Shown: one piece after another, positions 39,301 to 49,729 of the stretch | How positions within the stretch are numbered: position 1 is the first letter of the stretch | Layout: every line of letters starts with the position of its first letter | Origin: an uncultured virus (IMG/VR IMGVR_UViG_3300020166_000012) | Lineage: Duplodnaviria; Heunggongvirae; Uroviricota; Caudoviricetes | DNA: 64,000 bases | Direction: 5' to 3' (one strand) | IMG/VR virus record: IMGVR_UViG_3300020166_000012 | The notes under the pieces: generated by a model | What the model saw: the letters and a program-made list of their open reading frames with translations, nothing else | What the model was told of the DNA's origin: nothing | Databases searched by the model: none | Translations under genes and position numbers: made by a program

Positions 39301-39339
39301 AGTTGTTCTGTTACCAGAATAATATTATTTAATCTAATC

Positions 39340-40662
39340 TTATGCAGACAAGATATTGTCAACCCGAAAGATTCTGTAATATTGATTACTCTTCGCAGCT
39401 GCTAGACCGTTTGCGGGTGCATCACCTACAAATGGGTTTGATGCCATGCCATAACGAGTTTTGAACCCGATACGTGGCTGGAAGTCATTTTCACCTACTG
39501 CACGAACCATTGTGAGTGGTACGTATGGGCAATAGAAGAGACCTGCATCGTATGCATTTGTACCTTTGTATCCAACAGTGATATAATCAACAGTTGCATA
39601 TGGGTCGATATAAACGCGTGTACGGCCATTAAGAACACCAGCAAAAGTATTACCTGTGTCATCAACTTGCAAGTTAGTTGCGAGTGCTGGAGCATAGTCC
39701 AACATACCTGTTGCTGCCAAAGCAGAAGCTACATCAGAAGATGTGATGATGAAGTTACCACGACCGCGACGTGTTTCTTTTGCGATTTGGTTAGCTTCAC
39801 GTTCAATTTGAACCATCAAACCTTTGAATTTTTCTACTGACCAACGACCATCTGCATCTGAGGACAAGTCAAACACGCCGTTAATTGCTGTGTTAGATGT
39901 ATTTGCCCCAGTTTTAGCTTGGCTGTTGATTGTACGAATAACTTCGCGGTTAATTTCAGCAAGAATCTCTGTTGACAAGATATTTGCCAATTCTGATTCT
40001 GCATCAAGACCGTGAATAGCTTTCAAGTCTTGAGCTAACTCAAGGCTGTATTCTGCTTTCAATGCACGTGTTTTTGCAGACACTGTTGCTTTTTCAATGG
40101 TGAAACCCATTTCAGCAAAAGGATTGCCAGCTGAATCACCAAGGGCTTCGCCTGCAGTTGTAGCCATACCTGTACCAACACCTGGTCCTGTACGATCATT
40201 GTCGATAGAGGAGTCAGAGTTAGAATCAGTAAGACCCAAAAGACCAGATGTATCACCGGTCTGTGAACCTGCGCCGGAGAATGCTGTATTAGCTTCACCG
40301 AAGAGTGCTTCAGGTTGGTTAGTTGCACCAGCATTATAACGTGACTTCATTGCGAAGATCAAGCCAGTTGGGCCAGTCATCGGCTGAACGCCACATACGT
40401 CATATGCCATCATGTTTGGCATTGCGCGACGTACCAAAGAAATCAAGATTGGATCCCAGTTAGAAGCGGAACCAGTATTATTGCCTGGAGCATCTTCTGT
40501 AATGAAACCTTGAGTAGCAGAGCGAGCTTCTGCTAATGATTTTTCTTGGTTTTCTAAAATAACCGCAGTTACGGAACGACGATATGCATCATCGATTTTG
40601 CCTGCAGATTCTTCATTGAGCACTGGTGCCCATTTTTCTGTTAAGTTTTTATAGTTAGACAT
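39340..40662 (-). CDS. gp23: major capsid protein gp23
   Basis: LVRRAMP, GVQPMTGPTGLIFAM, RALKAEYS, YCPYVPL, FQPRIGFKTRYG. Confidence 0.98.
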   Translation of the reverse strand: MSNYKNLTEKWAPVLNEESAGKIDDAYRRSVTAVILENQEKSLAEARSATQGFITEDAPGNNTGSASNWDPILISLVRRAMPNMMAYDVCGVQPMTGPTGLIFAMKSRYNAGATNQPEALFGEANTAFSGAGSQTGDTSGLLGLTDSNSDSSIDNDRTGPGVGTGMATTAGEALGDSAGNPFAEMGFTIEKATVSAKTRALKAEYSLELAQDLKAIHGLDAESELANILSTEILAEINREVIRTINSQAKTGANTSNTAINGVFDLSSDADGRWSVEKFKGLMVQIEREANQIAKETRRGRGNFIITSSDVASALAATGMLDYAPALATNLQVDDTGNTFAGVLNGRTRVYIDPYATVDYITVGYKGTNAYDAGLFYCPYVPLTMVRAVGENDFQPRIGFKTRYGMASNPFVGDAPANGLAAAKSNQYYRIFRVDNILSA

Positions 40663-40679
40663 TCCATAAGTCCTTTAGT

Positions 40680-41789
40680 TTAATTTGATGTTCTTAAAGC
40701 AGTGAGATAGCGATCCATAGAGGCATTGCTTTCTACAATTGAATCGGCCTCTTCAGCTTCTTCTACTGCTTCATTAATTACTTCTTCAGCTTCTTCTACT
40801 GATTTAGAAAAATATGATTCTTTAAGTGTTGCCACTTTTGAAGTAAATGATTCTGCATTATCAAAATCTAGGTTTTCTGCTAGTTTTTCGAGTTTGGCAA
40901 CTTGTGTTTCTGCTAGATCTTTAGCAGCTTCACGAATAATCATTGTACGCTGCAAAGCTTGTACTGATTCTTTCATTGCGATATTTGTAGCAGTCTCTTT
41001 ATTCAAGAGAGCTTCAAGTTCTTCGACTTGTTCTGCTAGATCGTCAACTAAATCAATTTTAGCTTCTGGAACTTCAATATACGATTCAACAAATAAGTCT
41101 TTCATTTTGGACATAAATGTTTCTGCAATTTCGGTTCTTAAACCACGTTCAACAGCTAATTTGTTGTCTTCCATCCACGTTTCAACTACATAATTTAGAT
41201 AGCTATCAATTTTTTCAACTAGTTCGCCTTTAGCTTCAGCAAGACCTTCGGCCATTTCTGTAGCAAAGTTTTCTTCAAGTGCTTCAACTTTTTCAGCATA
41301 AGCAGTTTCAAGTTCAACTGTTTTTTCTGAAATTGTTTCATGTACTCTTGAAGATACTGCTGCTTCAAAAATTGTTGCAGCTTTAGTTTTAAAATCTTCT
41401 GATAGAGATTCATCATTAGTTACAAGCGCATCTAGATCTTCTTTGAAGTTAAGCGGTGCAACTGCAACAACTTCTTCTTCTTCGAAATCAAAAGATTCGC
41501 CCATGAGGTTTTTATAAGAGGCTTGTAAATCAGCCTTTTTCATTTTACCCATTTTATTATACATTGCATTAATGATACCAGCTTTAGTTTTAGGTGCTGG
41601 ATCTTGCTTTGTATTATCTTTTGCTGTATTACCACTTGCATCGCCGCGAGCGGCTTTAGCAGTTACTTCCCCAGCTTTATCTACGCTATCAATAGATTGC
41701 GCTTCAGCGTTCTTTGGATCGTGAGCTTCTTCCACAACTTCGTTGTTTAAGTCGAGCTCCACATCCTGTTCTTGGATTTGATCAGTCAT
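40680..41789 (-). CDS. gp22: prohead core scaffold gp22
   Basis: Acidic coiled coil; LSEDFK, YLNYVVETW, GLRTEIAE. Confidence 0.92.
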   Translation of the reverse strand: MTDQIQEQDVELDLNNEVVEEAHDPKNAEAQSIDSVDKAGEVTAKAARGDASGNTAKDNTKQDPAPKTKAGIINAMYNKMGKMKKADLQASYKNLMGESFDFEEEEVVAVAPLNFKEDLDALVTNDESLSEDFKTKAATIFEAAVSSRVHETISEKTVELETAYAEKVEALEENFATEMAEGLAEAKGELVEKIDSYLNYVVETWMEDNKLAVERGLRTEIAETFMSKMKDLFVESYIEVPEAKIDLVDDLAEQVEELEALLNKETATNIAMKESVQALQRTMIIREAAKDLAETQVAKLEKLAENLDFDNAESFTSKVATLKESYFSKSVEEAEEVINEAVEEAEEADSIVESNASMDRYLTALRTSN

Positions 41790-41800
41790 GTTGACTCCTC

Positions 41801-42454
41801 TTATTTGTTTATCAACGAGAGGAAATTTTCAAACTCACGCAATTGCACTTCGTGCAAATTGCTACGTGAAGCTTCTTTAATTTCAGTCTCTATTTCTTCA
41901 ATTACTTGAGATTGGATGATACCGTTATTCCAAACCCATTCTACACCTTCCATTATTCCATTAACAAAAGCTTCTGGTGCAGATGGATCCTGTACAATAT
42001 CTACAGTGCTCAACATAAAGTCATCTTTGACGTACATTGTCCCACTACGATTCTCAAGACTTCCCATACCACGAGTTGAAACGCCTAACTGAACACCACC
42101 ATCTAGTAAACCTTTTACGATATTACCCATCGGAGTGTCTAAAATAAGCGCTTTTCCCACTACTGAATTACCATTCCATACCATTTCGGTAATTCTGTGA
42201 GAAACTTTATCTAAGTTCACTGTTGGCCCTTCCGGGTGATTTAATTCTCCAACAGCCCTCTTAGTCATTACTTGTTCCGTATTGAATTTATGTATAGCTG
42301 ATTCCATAATTGCTTTTGGATAAATTCTTCCATTACGGTTTTTAGTTTCAGCTTGAGCGAAAATACCCTCAATAACATAATTTTGTTTACCACTTTCAGT
42401 GGATTCTTTAATTAATGAAATTTCTTGGTCAAGGTATTCTGCAATAAGCTTCAT
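41801..42454 (-). CDS. gp21: prohead protease gp21
   Basis: NRNGRIYP, GELNHP, GVSTRGMGS, DPSAP. Confidence 0.96.
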   Translation of the reverse strand: MKLIAEYLDQEISLIKESTESGKQNYVIEGIFAQAETKNRNGRIYPKAIMESAIHKFNTEQVMTKRAVGELNHPEGPTVNLDKVSHRITEMVWNGNSVVGKALILDTPMGNIVKGLLDGGVQLGVSTRGMGSLENRSGTMYVKDDFMLSTVDIVQDPSAPEAFVNGIMEGVEWVWNNGIIQSQVIEEIETEIKEASRSNLHEVQLREFENFLSLINK

Positions 42455-42483
42455 TTTTTATTCCTTTAATTTATAGACTTTAA

Positions 42484-42747
42484 TTAGTCTTGAATATCTT
42501 CTTCATCAAAAAATTCTTCGATTTCTTCATCCGAAATTTCCAAATCATCAGATTCGCCATTAAACATTGTATCTGCTATGGCAACTTTTTTATCTTCTAA
42601 AGCATCATTCATTTTATCTGATACCATATCGTTAAAAATATCCGAAGATGTTTTATAATCATTTCCTAAAATACTATCAATCATTGATTCAATTGGATTG
42701 ACTTCAACTTCAACTTCATCTATTTCAAAATTTTCTTCGTTTTCCAT
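42484..42747 (-). CDS. acidic prohead core protein (gp67-like)
   Basis: Very acidic 87 aa between gp20 and gp21; TATAAATA at 42769-42776. Confidence 0.65.
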   Translation of the reverse strand: MENEENFEIDEVEVEVNPIESMIDSILGNDYKTSSDIFNDMVSDKMNDALEDKKVAIADTMFNGESDDLEISDEEIEEFFDEEDIQD

Positions 42748-42805
42748 AATGTTCTCCGTCTTTGATATTATTTATACATTTAATGTTCTTCACTTAGCAA
42801 AAAAG

Positions 42806-43624
42806 TTAAAGTGAATCAATTAATTCTCTAATATACGTTTCAGTTATAAAGGATTTAATATATTGTTCAGTTGCAATAGATTGTATATATTGCCCATCAA
42901 TAATTCCCTTAAGATATGCAGCATTTGCTGCAGTTTGAATATATGTACTATCTACATATGATTGTATATATTGCTCATTTATAAGATTAGTAATTGATGC
43001 ATCTATTGTAGTGCCATTTTGTTTTATATCAACACCAAGTCCAAAATCTGCTTCACTTGGATTAATTTTTAATTTAATCAATCCGTCAGTTAAATTAGTA
43101 AAGAATAAATTATCATTTGAATCACCGGATATCAAATAATTTCCTATATTAAGACCATCTCCTAGTATAAGATTTCCACTAGAGTCAACTTCTAAATTAA
43201 ATGCTGCACTATCAGCGCCTATTATAGTAATATCCTGGCTATCAGTTGGAGTTATTTCATCTTCTGGATCATCTGCTCTACTAACATTTAATGTAAAAAT
43301 TGATCCAACTGCTTGAAAAATTCCAAGTTGGAGATTCAACATATCCCTAGCAGTAAATGACTGTAATGAGATTGATACCGCTTCAGCTTTGTCTAAGTAT
43401 AGCCGTATACCATATCTACCACTAATATGATATCCATTAAAATATGATCCAACACCAGCCCAGCCACGGACAGAATTTACTAAATTGGTACTATCTAAAA
43501 TTATAGTAAGATCAATATACGGTTCTAAATATGATATTACTATTGCATCCTGTAAAGATGATATTTCACCAACCCGACCACTACTAGTTCTAAATCGTAC
43601 TTTATCTAAATATGCGCTAAGCAA
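42806..43624 (-). CDS. hypothetical, possible virion protein
   Basis: 272 aa, TTG start with AAGGA RBS; C-terminal YIQS repeats. Confidence 0.6.
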   Translation of the reverse strand: MLSAYLDKVRFRTSSGRVGEISSLQDAIVISYLEPYIDLTIILDSTNLVNSVRGWAGVGSYFNGYHISGRYGIRLYLDKAEAVSISLQSFTARDMLNLQLGIFQAVGSIFTLNVSRADDPEDEITPTDSQDITIIGADSAAFNLEVDSSGNLILGDGLNIGNYLISGDSNDNLFFTNLTDGLIKLKINPSEADFGLGVDIKQNGTTIDASITNLINEQYIQSYVDSTYIQTAANAAYLKGIIDGQYIQSIATEQYIKSFITETYIRELIDSL

Positions 43625-43634
43625 GAGTTATTCC

Positions 43635-45158
43635 TTACTCATCGTTGGGCAGATTTTTTTCTACCTCTTCAGCATCTTGGTCATTACTATCTTCAACATC
43701 TTTAGAAAGAATTTTAATTTCTTCTGCATCTAACTTTAAAACAGTTTTCATTACCCATTCTTTAGTAAAATATTCACCAACATATTGACTAAGCATATCT
43801 AATGTTTGTACACGTTCTTTTAATATATCTGACTCTTTTAGCTCTGTAAAATGATTATCACGTGAAAAATCAATAATAACATCATTTTTCCATTGTTCCC
43901 AATCACCTTCGGTAATAATTTTTTTCAAAAGTAATTGTTTTTTTAGAATATTATAAAAAATAATGGAAAATTTTGCTCTTAGTCTATCAATAAATTTTTG
44001 AAACTTAATTTCATCTCGACCAATTTCACTGCTCCTCCCAAGAGAAAACTGCGCTTCTTGCTCTAATCTATTTAATGGTACATTTAATGCTTTATAAACT
44101 CTTTTTTGAAAATAAACAATATCATCAATTTGTCCAAGATTTTCACCACCCGGCAAGGTTGAAATTTCTGTACCACGGCCGCCTTCTCTACGAGGTAACC
44201 AAAAATCTTCAAGCATTGACATATGCTTACGATCATCTCTTAATTCACCGCTATTAGCATCATATACTAGCTTATTGCGATATTTTGCCATAATATTTTT
44301 CATATATTCATCAGCTTTACCTTTTGGTAAATTACCAATATCAATATAAAAAATTCTTCTTTCAGGTGCACGAGCTAATCTGTATATAACTAATGAATCT
44401 TCCATCATTCTTAATTGATTAACTGGCTTTATTGCTTTTTGCAAATTAGAAATAATTTTTGTTCTTGTTTCATCCATCAATCCTGATGTTACATAACTAA
44501 TAGAGTCAGTTGAAAATTTTACTGCATTTTTATTTTGTTGACTTCCAGGCTTATCTTGATAAATATAATATTCTTTTACATTATCAATAATATCAATATT
44601 AGTAAGCGGGTCACGTTTTTTCTTGACTTCTTTTATTTTTCTAATTTTAGTAGAATCGAGGAATCTAATATCTTGAATTCCCATTTTTTCATTTTTTTCA
44701 TCCACAACTAAATGGTGGTATATTCTACCATCAATATACCATCTTCGAAATATATCGTGGGCATTTTCTTTAAAATTCAAAAGATTAAGAATACCATTAA
44801 ATTCTTCCTGAATTTGATTCTTAATATTATCAGCTACTTCAACATTTTCTAAATTCAACTTAACAATACTATTATCATCATCATAAATTATAGATTCATT
44901 TACAATATTTTCAATAGCGTCATCGACCTCGGGATGACTGGCAATCCCGCGGTATTTTAAAATCATTTGAAAATTATCTTTAGCAGCGTTTCCGTCAATA
45001 TCAACATATTGACCATAATGACCGCCTGACGCAGTTACATAACCAGCCCCGTCTTCATCGGTTGCTGGAACAACAGATTTTAGTCTATTATTATCTAATT
45101 TTGACTGGGATGCTTTTTTAATTTCAAACCCAAAAATTTTCAAAGTATTATCAGCCAT
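43635..45158 (-). CDS. gp20: portal protein gp20
   Basis: WYIDGR, RAPERRIFYID, EDFWLPRREGGRGTEI. Confidence 0.97.
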   Translation of the reverse strand: MADNTLKIFGFEIKKASQSKLDNNRLKSVVPATDEDGAGYVTASGGHYGQYVDIDGNAAKDNFQMILKYRGIASHPEVDDAIENIVNESIIYDDDNSIVKLNLENVEVADNIKNQIQEEFNGILNLLNFKENAHDIFRRWYIDGRIYHHLVVDEKNEKMGIQDIRFLDSTKIRKIKEVKKKRDPLTNIDIIDNVKEYYIYQDKPGSQQNKNAVKFSTDSISYVTSGLMDETRTKIISNLQKAIKPVNQLRMMEDSLVIYRLARAPERRIFYIDIGNLPKGKADEYMKNIMAKYRNKLVYDANSGELRDDRKHMSMLEDFWLPRREGGRGTEISTLPGGENLGQIDDIVYFQKRVYKALNVPLNRLEQEAQFSLGRSSEIGRDEIKFQKFIDRLRAKFSIIFYNILKKQLLLKKIITEGDWEQWKNDVIIDFSRDNHFTELKESDILKERVQTLDMLSQYVGEYFTKEWVMKTVLKLDAEEIKILSKDVEDSNDQDAEEVEKNLPNDE

Positions 45159-45177
45159 TCTCTATCCTTACCTTATA

Positions 45178-45202
45178 GAGGAGAAGGATTGTCCTTCTCC
45201 TC
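45178..45202. terminator. hairpin between gp19 and gp20
   Basis: GAGGAGAAGGA-TTG-TCCTTCTCCTC; no clear U-tract. Confidence 0.5.
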
Positions 45203-45234
45203 CATTAGTTTTATTTATTCAATAATTAAGTAGT

Positions 45235-45780
45235 TTATTCTACCTGCCCATTAGCACCGGTAGCATTACTTTCCCAATATTGAATTTGGAATTCCACTGA
45301 GAATTCCTCAACAGTATCATTATTATCATATGCAAGATCAATCGCCGATACGTTTGTTGGGAATGCACCCTTAAATTTGTATCTATAAAGAATTGTTTCA
45401 TCTTTATCTAGCTGTTGAACTTCCATATCCGCTTGATAGTCTAACGGATTAGTGCGGCCAGTATTTGCACTATGTGCATTCATGCCATTCATCCATCTTT
45501 CCATTGCAGATCTGATTCTAAAGTCAGTATCATTGATAATAGTAACTGTCCACGGTTCAAAAGTTCTGTCTCCCGCGATTTGTATTTGACGACCTCTAAA
45601 TCCAATAGGAATATTACCCATTGTTGATGCCGGTAGATTGGCCCCTTTACATAAGAAAGATGTTAATTCAACATCGCCCCCTGCATATGCCGGAAAACCC
45701 ATTACTACTTTAAATAAATTGGGTCTTGCACCACCACCTTTTAATTTTGATTTGAAATCATCGACGCCTAAAATAGCCAT
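45235..45780 (-). CDS. gp19: tail tube protein gp19
   Basis: GGARPNLF, AGDRTFEPW, FPT. Confidence 0.95.
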   Translation of the reverse strand: MAILGVDDFKSKLKGGGARPNLFKVVMGFPAYAGGDVELTSFLCKGANLPASTMGNIPIGFRGRQIQIAGDRTFEPWTVTIINDTDFRIRSAMERWMNGMNAHSANTGRTNPLDYQADMEVQQLDKDETILYRYKFKGAFPTNVSAIDLAYDNNDTVEEFSVEFQIQYWESNATGANGQVE

Positions 45781-45795
45781 TTTATTTTCCTATCT

Positions 45796-47775
45796 TTATG
45801 CTGCGCCAACAACTTCTTCAAACGAAACACCGGAGCGAACAGCTACGAAATTTAGAGTGATGAAGTTAATTGATCTTGCTGGTTTAATGAACATAGAGGC
45901 TACAAATTGGTTAGCATCAATGATCTCGCCGGTATTATTGGTTTCGTCGCATATAACTGAAAAATCAGTGATACCTCTTCTACCTTTAATATCTCTTAAT
46001 ACTGGCTCTACAATATTTAAGAATTCTGCACGAGTAAATTCGTCGTTGAATTCGAAAAGAATATTTTGCGACGCTGCCGCAATAGATCTTTCCAACAACA
46101 AGAAGAGTCTACGAACGTTGATTCTATCAAATGCGGAGGGTCTGTTTAAGTGAGTTTTATCACCAAATAACAATACACCATTTCCTGGAATATTTGCTAC
46201 AGGGTTGATTCCCGCTTTATACAATTCATCTCTTTCTGTTTTAGATGCATTGTATGATAGCCCGGTAACACCCAAATATTGCCCACGGCGTGTACCCGCT
46301 GGTGAATACCAAGCAGCAGCATTAAGATCTGTAGAAGCCATAATACCGGCTGTAGAAGATGCTGCTGGAATATAAATGTATTTATCGTTAAATTTATCAT
46401 AGACTTTTAGATAGTTGTTGTCAACTACTAAATATGAACTACGTGTAAAGGATACATTCGCAAGAATTGCCGCATTAATATTAGCTTTTGCTACACCAAC
46501 TACTGAGTTTCTATTTGGTGATGCAATAACAACGCAATCTTTTCTGCCATTAGTACCTTGTACTTTTGCCACCAAATCATTAACTACGGTTGTTTGATCA
46601 GCAGCAAGGGCCATTCCAGGTGCAATTAAGAAATCTACCAATGTAGTGTCTTTGTCTGCAAATTGGTCAAACCCACTAATATATTGTGCAGTACCCAATG
46701 CCCGGCTATCGCTACCATTTGTTAAAGAAATAGCTTTTGCAGCGCCTGTAAATGTTGCGTGCACAACACCGTTTACAGCTTGAGTTGGTGTAACAACACC
46801 TGGAATATTCGCCATATGAATAAATGCCGAACCTCTGTTAATCACATCTAAAATATAATTGCCAGAGCCATTTGATGTTTTAGCATTAGTTGCAACCGAA
46901 ACAAATGCAAAAGTTTCAAGAACTTTGCCTTTTGTACCAGAAATTACGCCGTCTTCATCAATTACTGCAACGTGTACTTCATCCGTACCAGTTGCGCCAA
47001 CATTACTAGCAAATGGTGATAATCCAGGAGCAGCATCAAATTCGCCTTTAAATGCCCAAGCAGCAAATCCGGTATCGGAGCATACTTCAACTTTTAATGA
47101 ATTGCCAAGTGCGCCAGGATATCTCGCGATAATTTCATGGCTGGCTGCTTTAAGCGTTGATTCTTGAACATCCCAATTATCATCATTTTTAACAAGCGGA
47201 ACTGATGTAGGGGTACGAGCAGTGTCGGCACCATAAGCATTTACAATATCAGACCCTTGGCCACCAGAAATAGTAATTGTTGGATTTGAATTGTATAAAA
47301 ATGGTGTTGCGCCCGGAGTTACTGTGAGCGCTGTAACCGCACCCCCAGAAATTGTAGCTGTTAATGTTGGTGTATCGCCGCTATCAGCAGCGGTAATTGT
47401 TACGGCAGGGGCAGTAACATAATCTTCGCCGCCTTCTGAAACTGTGAGTGTTAATACGAGTCCGTCAGAATCAACTGCAGCTGTTGCTGTTGCTTCAGTA
47501 CCGGCTTCGTATACTTCTCTAACTACCTGTAGGCTATTAGAGTATTTTAAAAAGTATGAAGCTGTATGAAAATCTACTGATGTTTCATCAGAAGGATTTC
47601 CGAAAACGCTTACTAGTGTGCCTTCGTTGCTTACAAGAATTGGCTGGTCAACTGGACCCCAACGAAAATTACCAACCATAGCTCCGGTAGATGAGCTAGC
47701 GTTTGGTACACCGTTGGTTAAGTCAATTTCTCTTGTAACAACTGCTGGTGACACAGATGGATTTCCTATGGCCAT
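45796..47775 (-). CDS. gp18: tail sheath protein gp18
   Basis: WGP, SPAG, FDRINVRRLF, FEFND, KPARSINFI; TATAAATA at 47841-47848. Confidence 0.96.
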   Translation of the reverse strand: MAIGNPSVSPAVVTREIDLTNGVPNASSSTGAMVGNFRWGPVDQPILVSNEGTLVSVFGNPSDETSVDFHTASYFLKYSNSLQVVREVYEAGTEATATAAVDSDGLVLTLTVSEGGEDYVTAPAVTITAADSGDTPTLTATISGGAVTALTVTPGATPFLYNSNPTITISGGQGSDIVNAYGADTARTPTSVPLVKNDDNWDVQESTLKAASHEIIARYPGALGNSLKVEVCSDTGFAAWAFKGEFDAAPGLSPFASNVGATGTDEVHVAVIDEDGVISGTKGKVLETFAFVSVATNAKTSNGSGNYILDVINRGSAFIHMANIPGVVTPTQAVNGVVHATFTGAAKAISLTNGSDSRALGTAQYISGFDQFADKDTTLVDFLIAPGMALAADQTTVVNDLVAKVQGTNGRKDCVVIASPNRNSVVGVAKANINAAILANVSFTRSSYLVVDNNYLKVYDKFNDKYIYIPAASSTAGIMASTDLNAAAWYSPAGTRRGQYLGVTGLSYNASKTERDELYKAGINPVANIPGNGVLLFGDKTHLNRPSAFDRINVRRLFLLLERSIAAASQNILFEFNDEFTRAEFLNIVEPVLRDIKGRRGITDFSVICDETNNTGEIIDANQFVASMFIKPARSINFITLNFVAVRSGVSFEEVVGAA

Positions 47776-47866
47776 GTCTTATTCCTTTGCAGAGAGTAAA
47801 ATTATATGTATTTCATAATAAGGTTATATTCAATTACTATTATTTATAAGAATTTAAGTTTAGACT

Positions 47867-48991
47867 TTACCAATCATTCTGGTGTTCTTCTATAGCCCAA
47901 CTAGAATGAAATGTAGTATCATCAATTACTGTAGATTGCCCATCATCGTAAAAACCGAATGGGACAATATCATCGTCTATTTCTTTCATTCGTTGTTCAA
48001 ACATCAAATCTTTAATACTAATATCAGTTAATTCATTAAAAAATGATGTTCCAACAAAATAAGAAAATAATATTAAATTCATTACTAAATCATCGTGATT
48101 TCCATCAGATGCTTCATATGATTGCCCCCGCGCCGTAAATGTAGAAATTTCTAATATGGTATTTTCATCCATAATATCTAATTTATTATTTTCCATTAAA
48201 TCTTTAAATGAAGAACAACCAATTCTTTTAACTTTGCGTGTCATTAACATACCAAGTGAACCAGACTTTACTGCCGATTCAACAAACATATTTTCATATT
48301 CTAAATCATGATATAAACCATTACATACAACTTGCCCAGCATCATTAGATTCTATAACAACCATTGCTTCATTATATGACATAGCATATTTATAAATAAT
48401 ATTTGGATATAATAATGGAGAAATATGATTATCTCTATATGTAGCTACCTGTTTAAATGGATTTACACTAACATCAATTATAGTAAATGTACTATAGTCT
48501 TGACCCCTACCTTTCGCAACATCTACTGTCATTATATATTGGTGATCTTTTTTAGATTCCTCATATACATAAACATTATCCCGAGTAACGTTTATTGGAT
48601 CTTTTCTTCTAAGAGATAACAAAACTTCGGCACCAATTAAAGTATCGCCCGTTCCAAAAAAAGTGTTATGTGATACAAACCCTTGGTCATGATTATACAC
48701 ACTTCCATTACCTACATTTACCGGATCATAAAAATAGTCACCTTCGTTTATTTTACTGATACGCGATACAATCTTACCTATGTTATCGCCTATGAGCACA
48801 TCCCGGGCATAGACTTCTTTATCATTAATAATGAATCTGTGATCAACCGCGCATTCAACAGCTGTATTGTCTTCAAAAATAAATTTTAAATATTTTTCAT
48901 GCCAATATCTTTTTACTCCATCAAACGATTGAAAACCGGATGGTGTTAAGATTTGTATATTGATGGGAGAACGTGTGTTCGTGTTTTCCAT
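47867..48991 (-). CDS. gp17: terminase large subunit C-part: C-intein (109 aa) plus nuclease-domain extein
   Basis: ...SHN|TFFGTG junction at 48665/48664; VDVAKGRGQDYS, ESND, HDDLVM. Confidence 0.92.
   Translation of the reverse strand: MENTNTRSPINIQILTPSGFQSFDGVKRYWHEKYLKFIFEDNTAVECAVDHRFIINDKEVYARDVLIGDNIGKIVSRISKINEGDYFYDPVNVGNGSVYNHDQGFVSHNTFFGTGDTLIGAEVLLSLRRKDPINVTRDNVYVYEESKKDHQYIMTVDVAKGRGQDYSTFTIIDVSVNPFKQVATYRDNHISPLLYPNIIYKYAMSYNEAMVVIESNDAGQVVCNGLYHDLEYENMFVESAVKSGSLGMLMTRKVKRIGCSSFKDLMENNKLDIMDENTILEISTFTARGQSYEASDGNHDDLVMNLILFSYFVGTSFFNELTDISIKDLMFEQRMKEIDDDIVPFGFYDDGQSTVIDDTTFHSSWAIEEHQNDW
48665..48991 (-). mobile_element. split intein C-fragment
   Basis: ILTPSGF, block B CAVDH, block F FYDP, terminal HN followed by Thr. 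Confidence 0.88.
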
Positions 48992-49656
48992 TCAATAATA
49001 CCCTTTAATGTGACATTTGAGCATTTATAGTGTTCTGCATATTTTCTTGCAAAATGTGATGATGGAGTTTTTTGAAGCCATCCTTTTTTCTTTGCATTTT
49101 CATTGTATTCTTTAATTTCTTTTTCACAATTTAATTTTTCTTTTTCATAATGAGTTCTAATTTCAATTACTTTTTTATCAGAAATTTTCGGTGGTTTCAA
49201 CCTTTTACCTTTTCTAATTTCTGAATGGTGTTGTCTTATTTTTGGATCCTTCCATTGATTCAAAGACAACTGTCTCATTTGTTCTGAGCCCCCGCCTCTT
49301 TTTTTAGCAGACTCACTCATTTTTTTCCGCGATTCTTCTGAGTACAAATATCCTTCAGTAGTAAAATTAGGAGAATTGTGCCCATGTCCTTTTCCAGACC
49401 AAGATTCATTTAAACCATTATTAAACGTGTCTAATTTACGAATCCAATATTCTTCACGTTCATTAATGTAATTTCTATCACTACTTTTTTCTAGTATTTC
49501 TACAGTAAATTCATCTTCGCGAAATCTTTTTGATCTTTTATGGTCTCCCATTCTCTGCTTCATACGTCTGTCTATCGTTATACCAACGTATTGCTGCGAG
49601 TCTGATTTCCTCGTCAACAGATAAACCAGATGTTGATCCTCGTTGGATACACTCAT
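48946..49656 (-). CDS. GIY-YIG homing endonuclease
   Basis: LVY...YVGIT, R...H, EEYWI, GLN, NUMOD3-like SEESRKKMS. Confidence 0.9.
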   Translation of the reverse strand: MSVSNEDQHLVYLLTRKSDSQQYVGITIDRRMKQRMGDHKRSKRFREDEFTVEILEKSSDRNYINEREEYWIRKLDTFNNGLNESWSGKGHGHNSPNFTTEGYLYSEESRKKMSESAKKRGGGSEQMRQLSLNQWKDPKIRQHHSEIRKGKRLKPPKISDKKVIEIRTHYEKEKLNCEKEIKEYNENAKKKGWLQKTPSSHFARKYAEHYKCSNVTLKGIIEWKTRTHVLPSIYKS

Positions 49657-49729
49657 ATAAATTTCCTATAGTTATTTCTGCTATATAGTTATTTATACAA
49701 ATAGTAATTTGGGAAGAACTTTTAAGGCA
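49538..49729 (-). mobile_element. split intein N-fragment (up to 63 aa)
   Basis: QEFGN|CLKSSSQITI...ITIGNLY block A. Confidence 0.85.

Noticed and set aside
48665..49729. Group I intron or sequencing frameshift in gp17
   Set aside because: Both ends carry in-frame intein motifs (Cys1, HN|T), the insert is fully protein-coding and the endonuclease ORF is intact.
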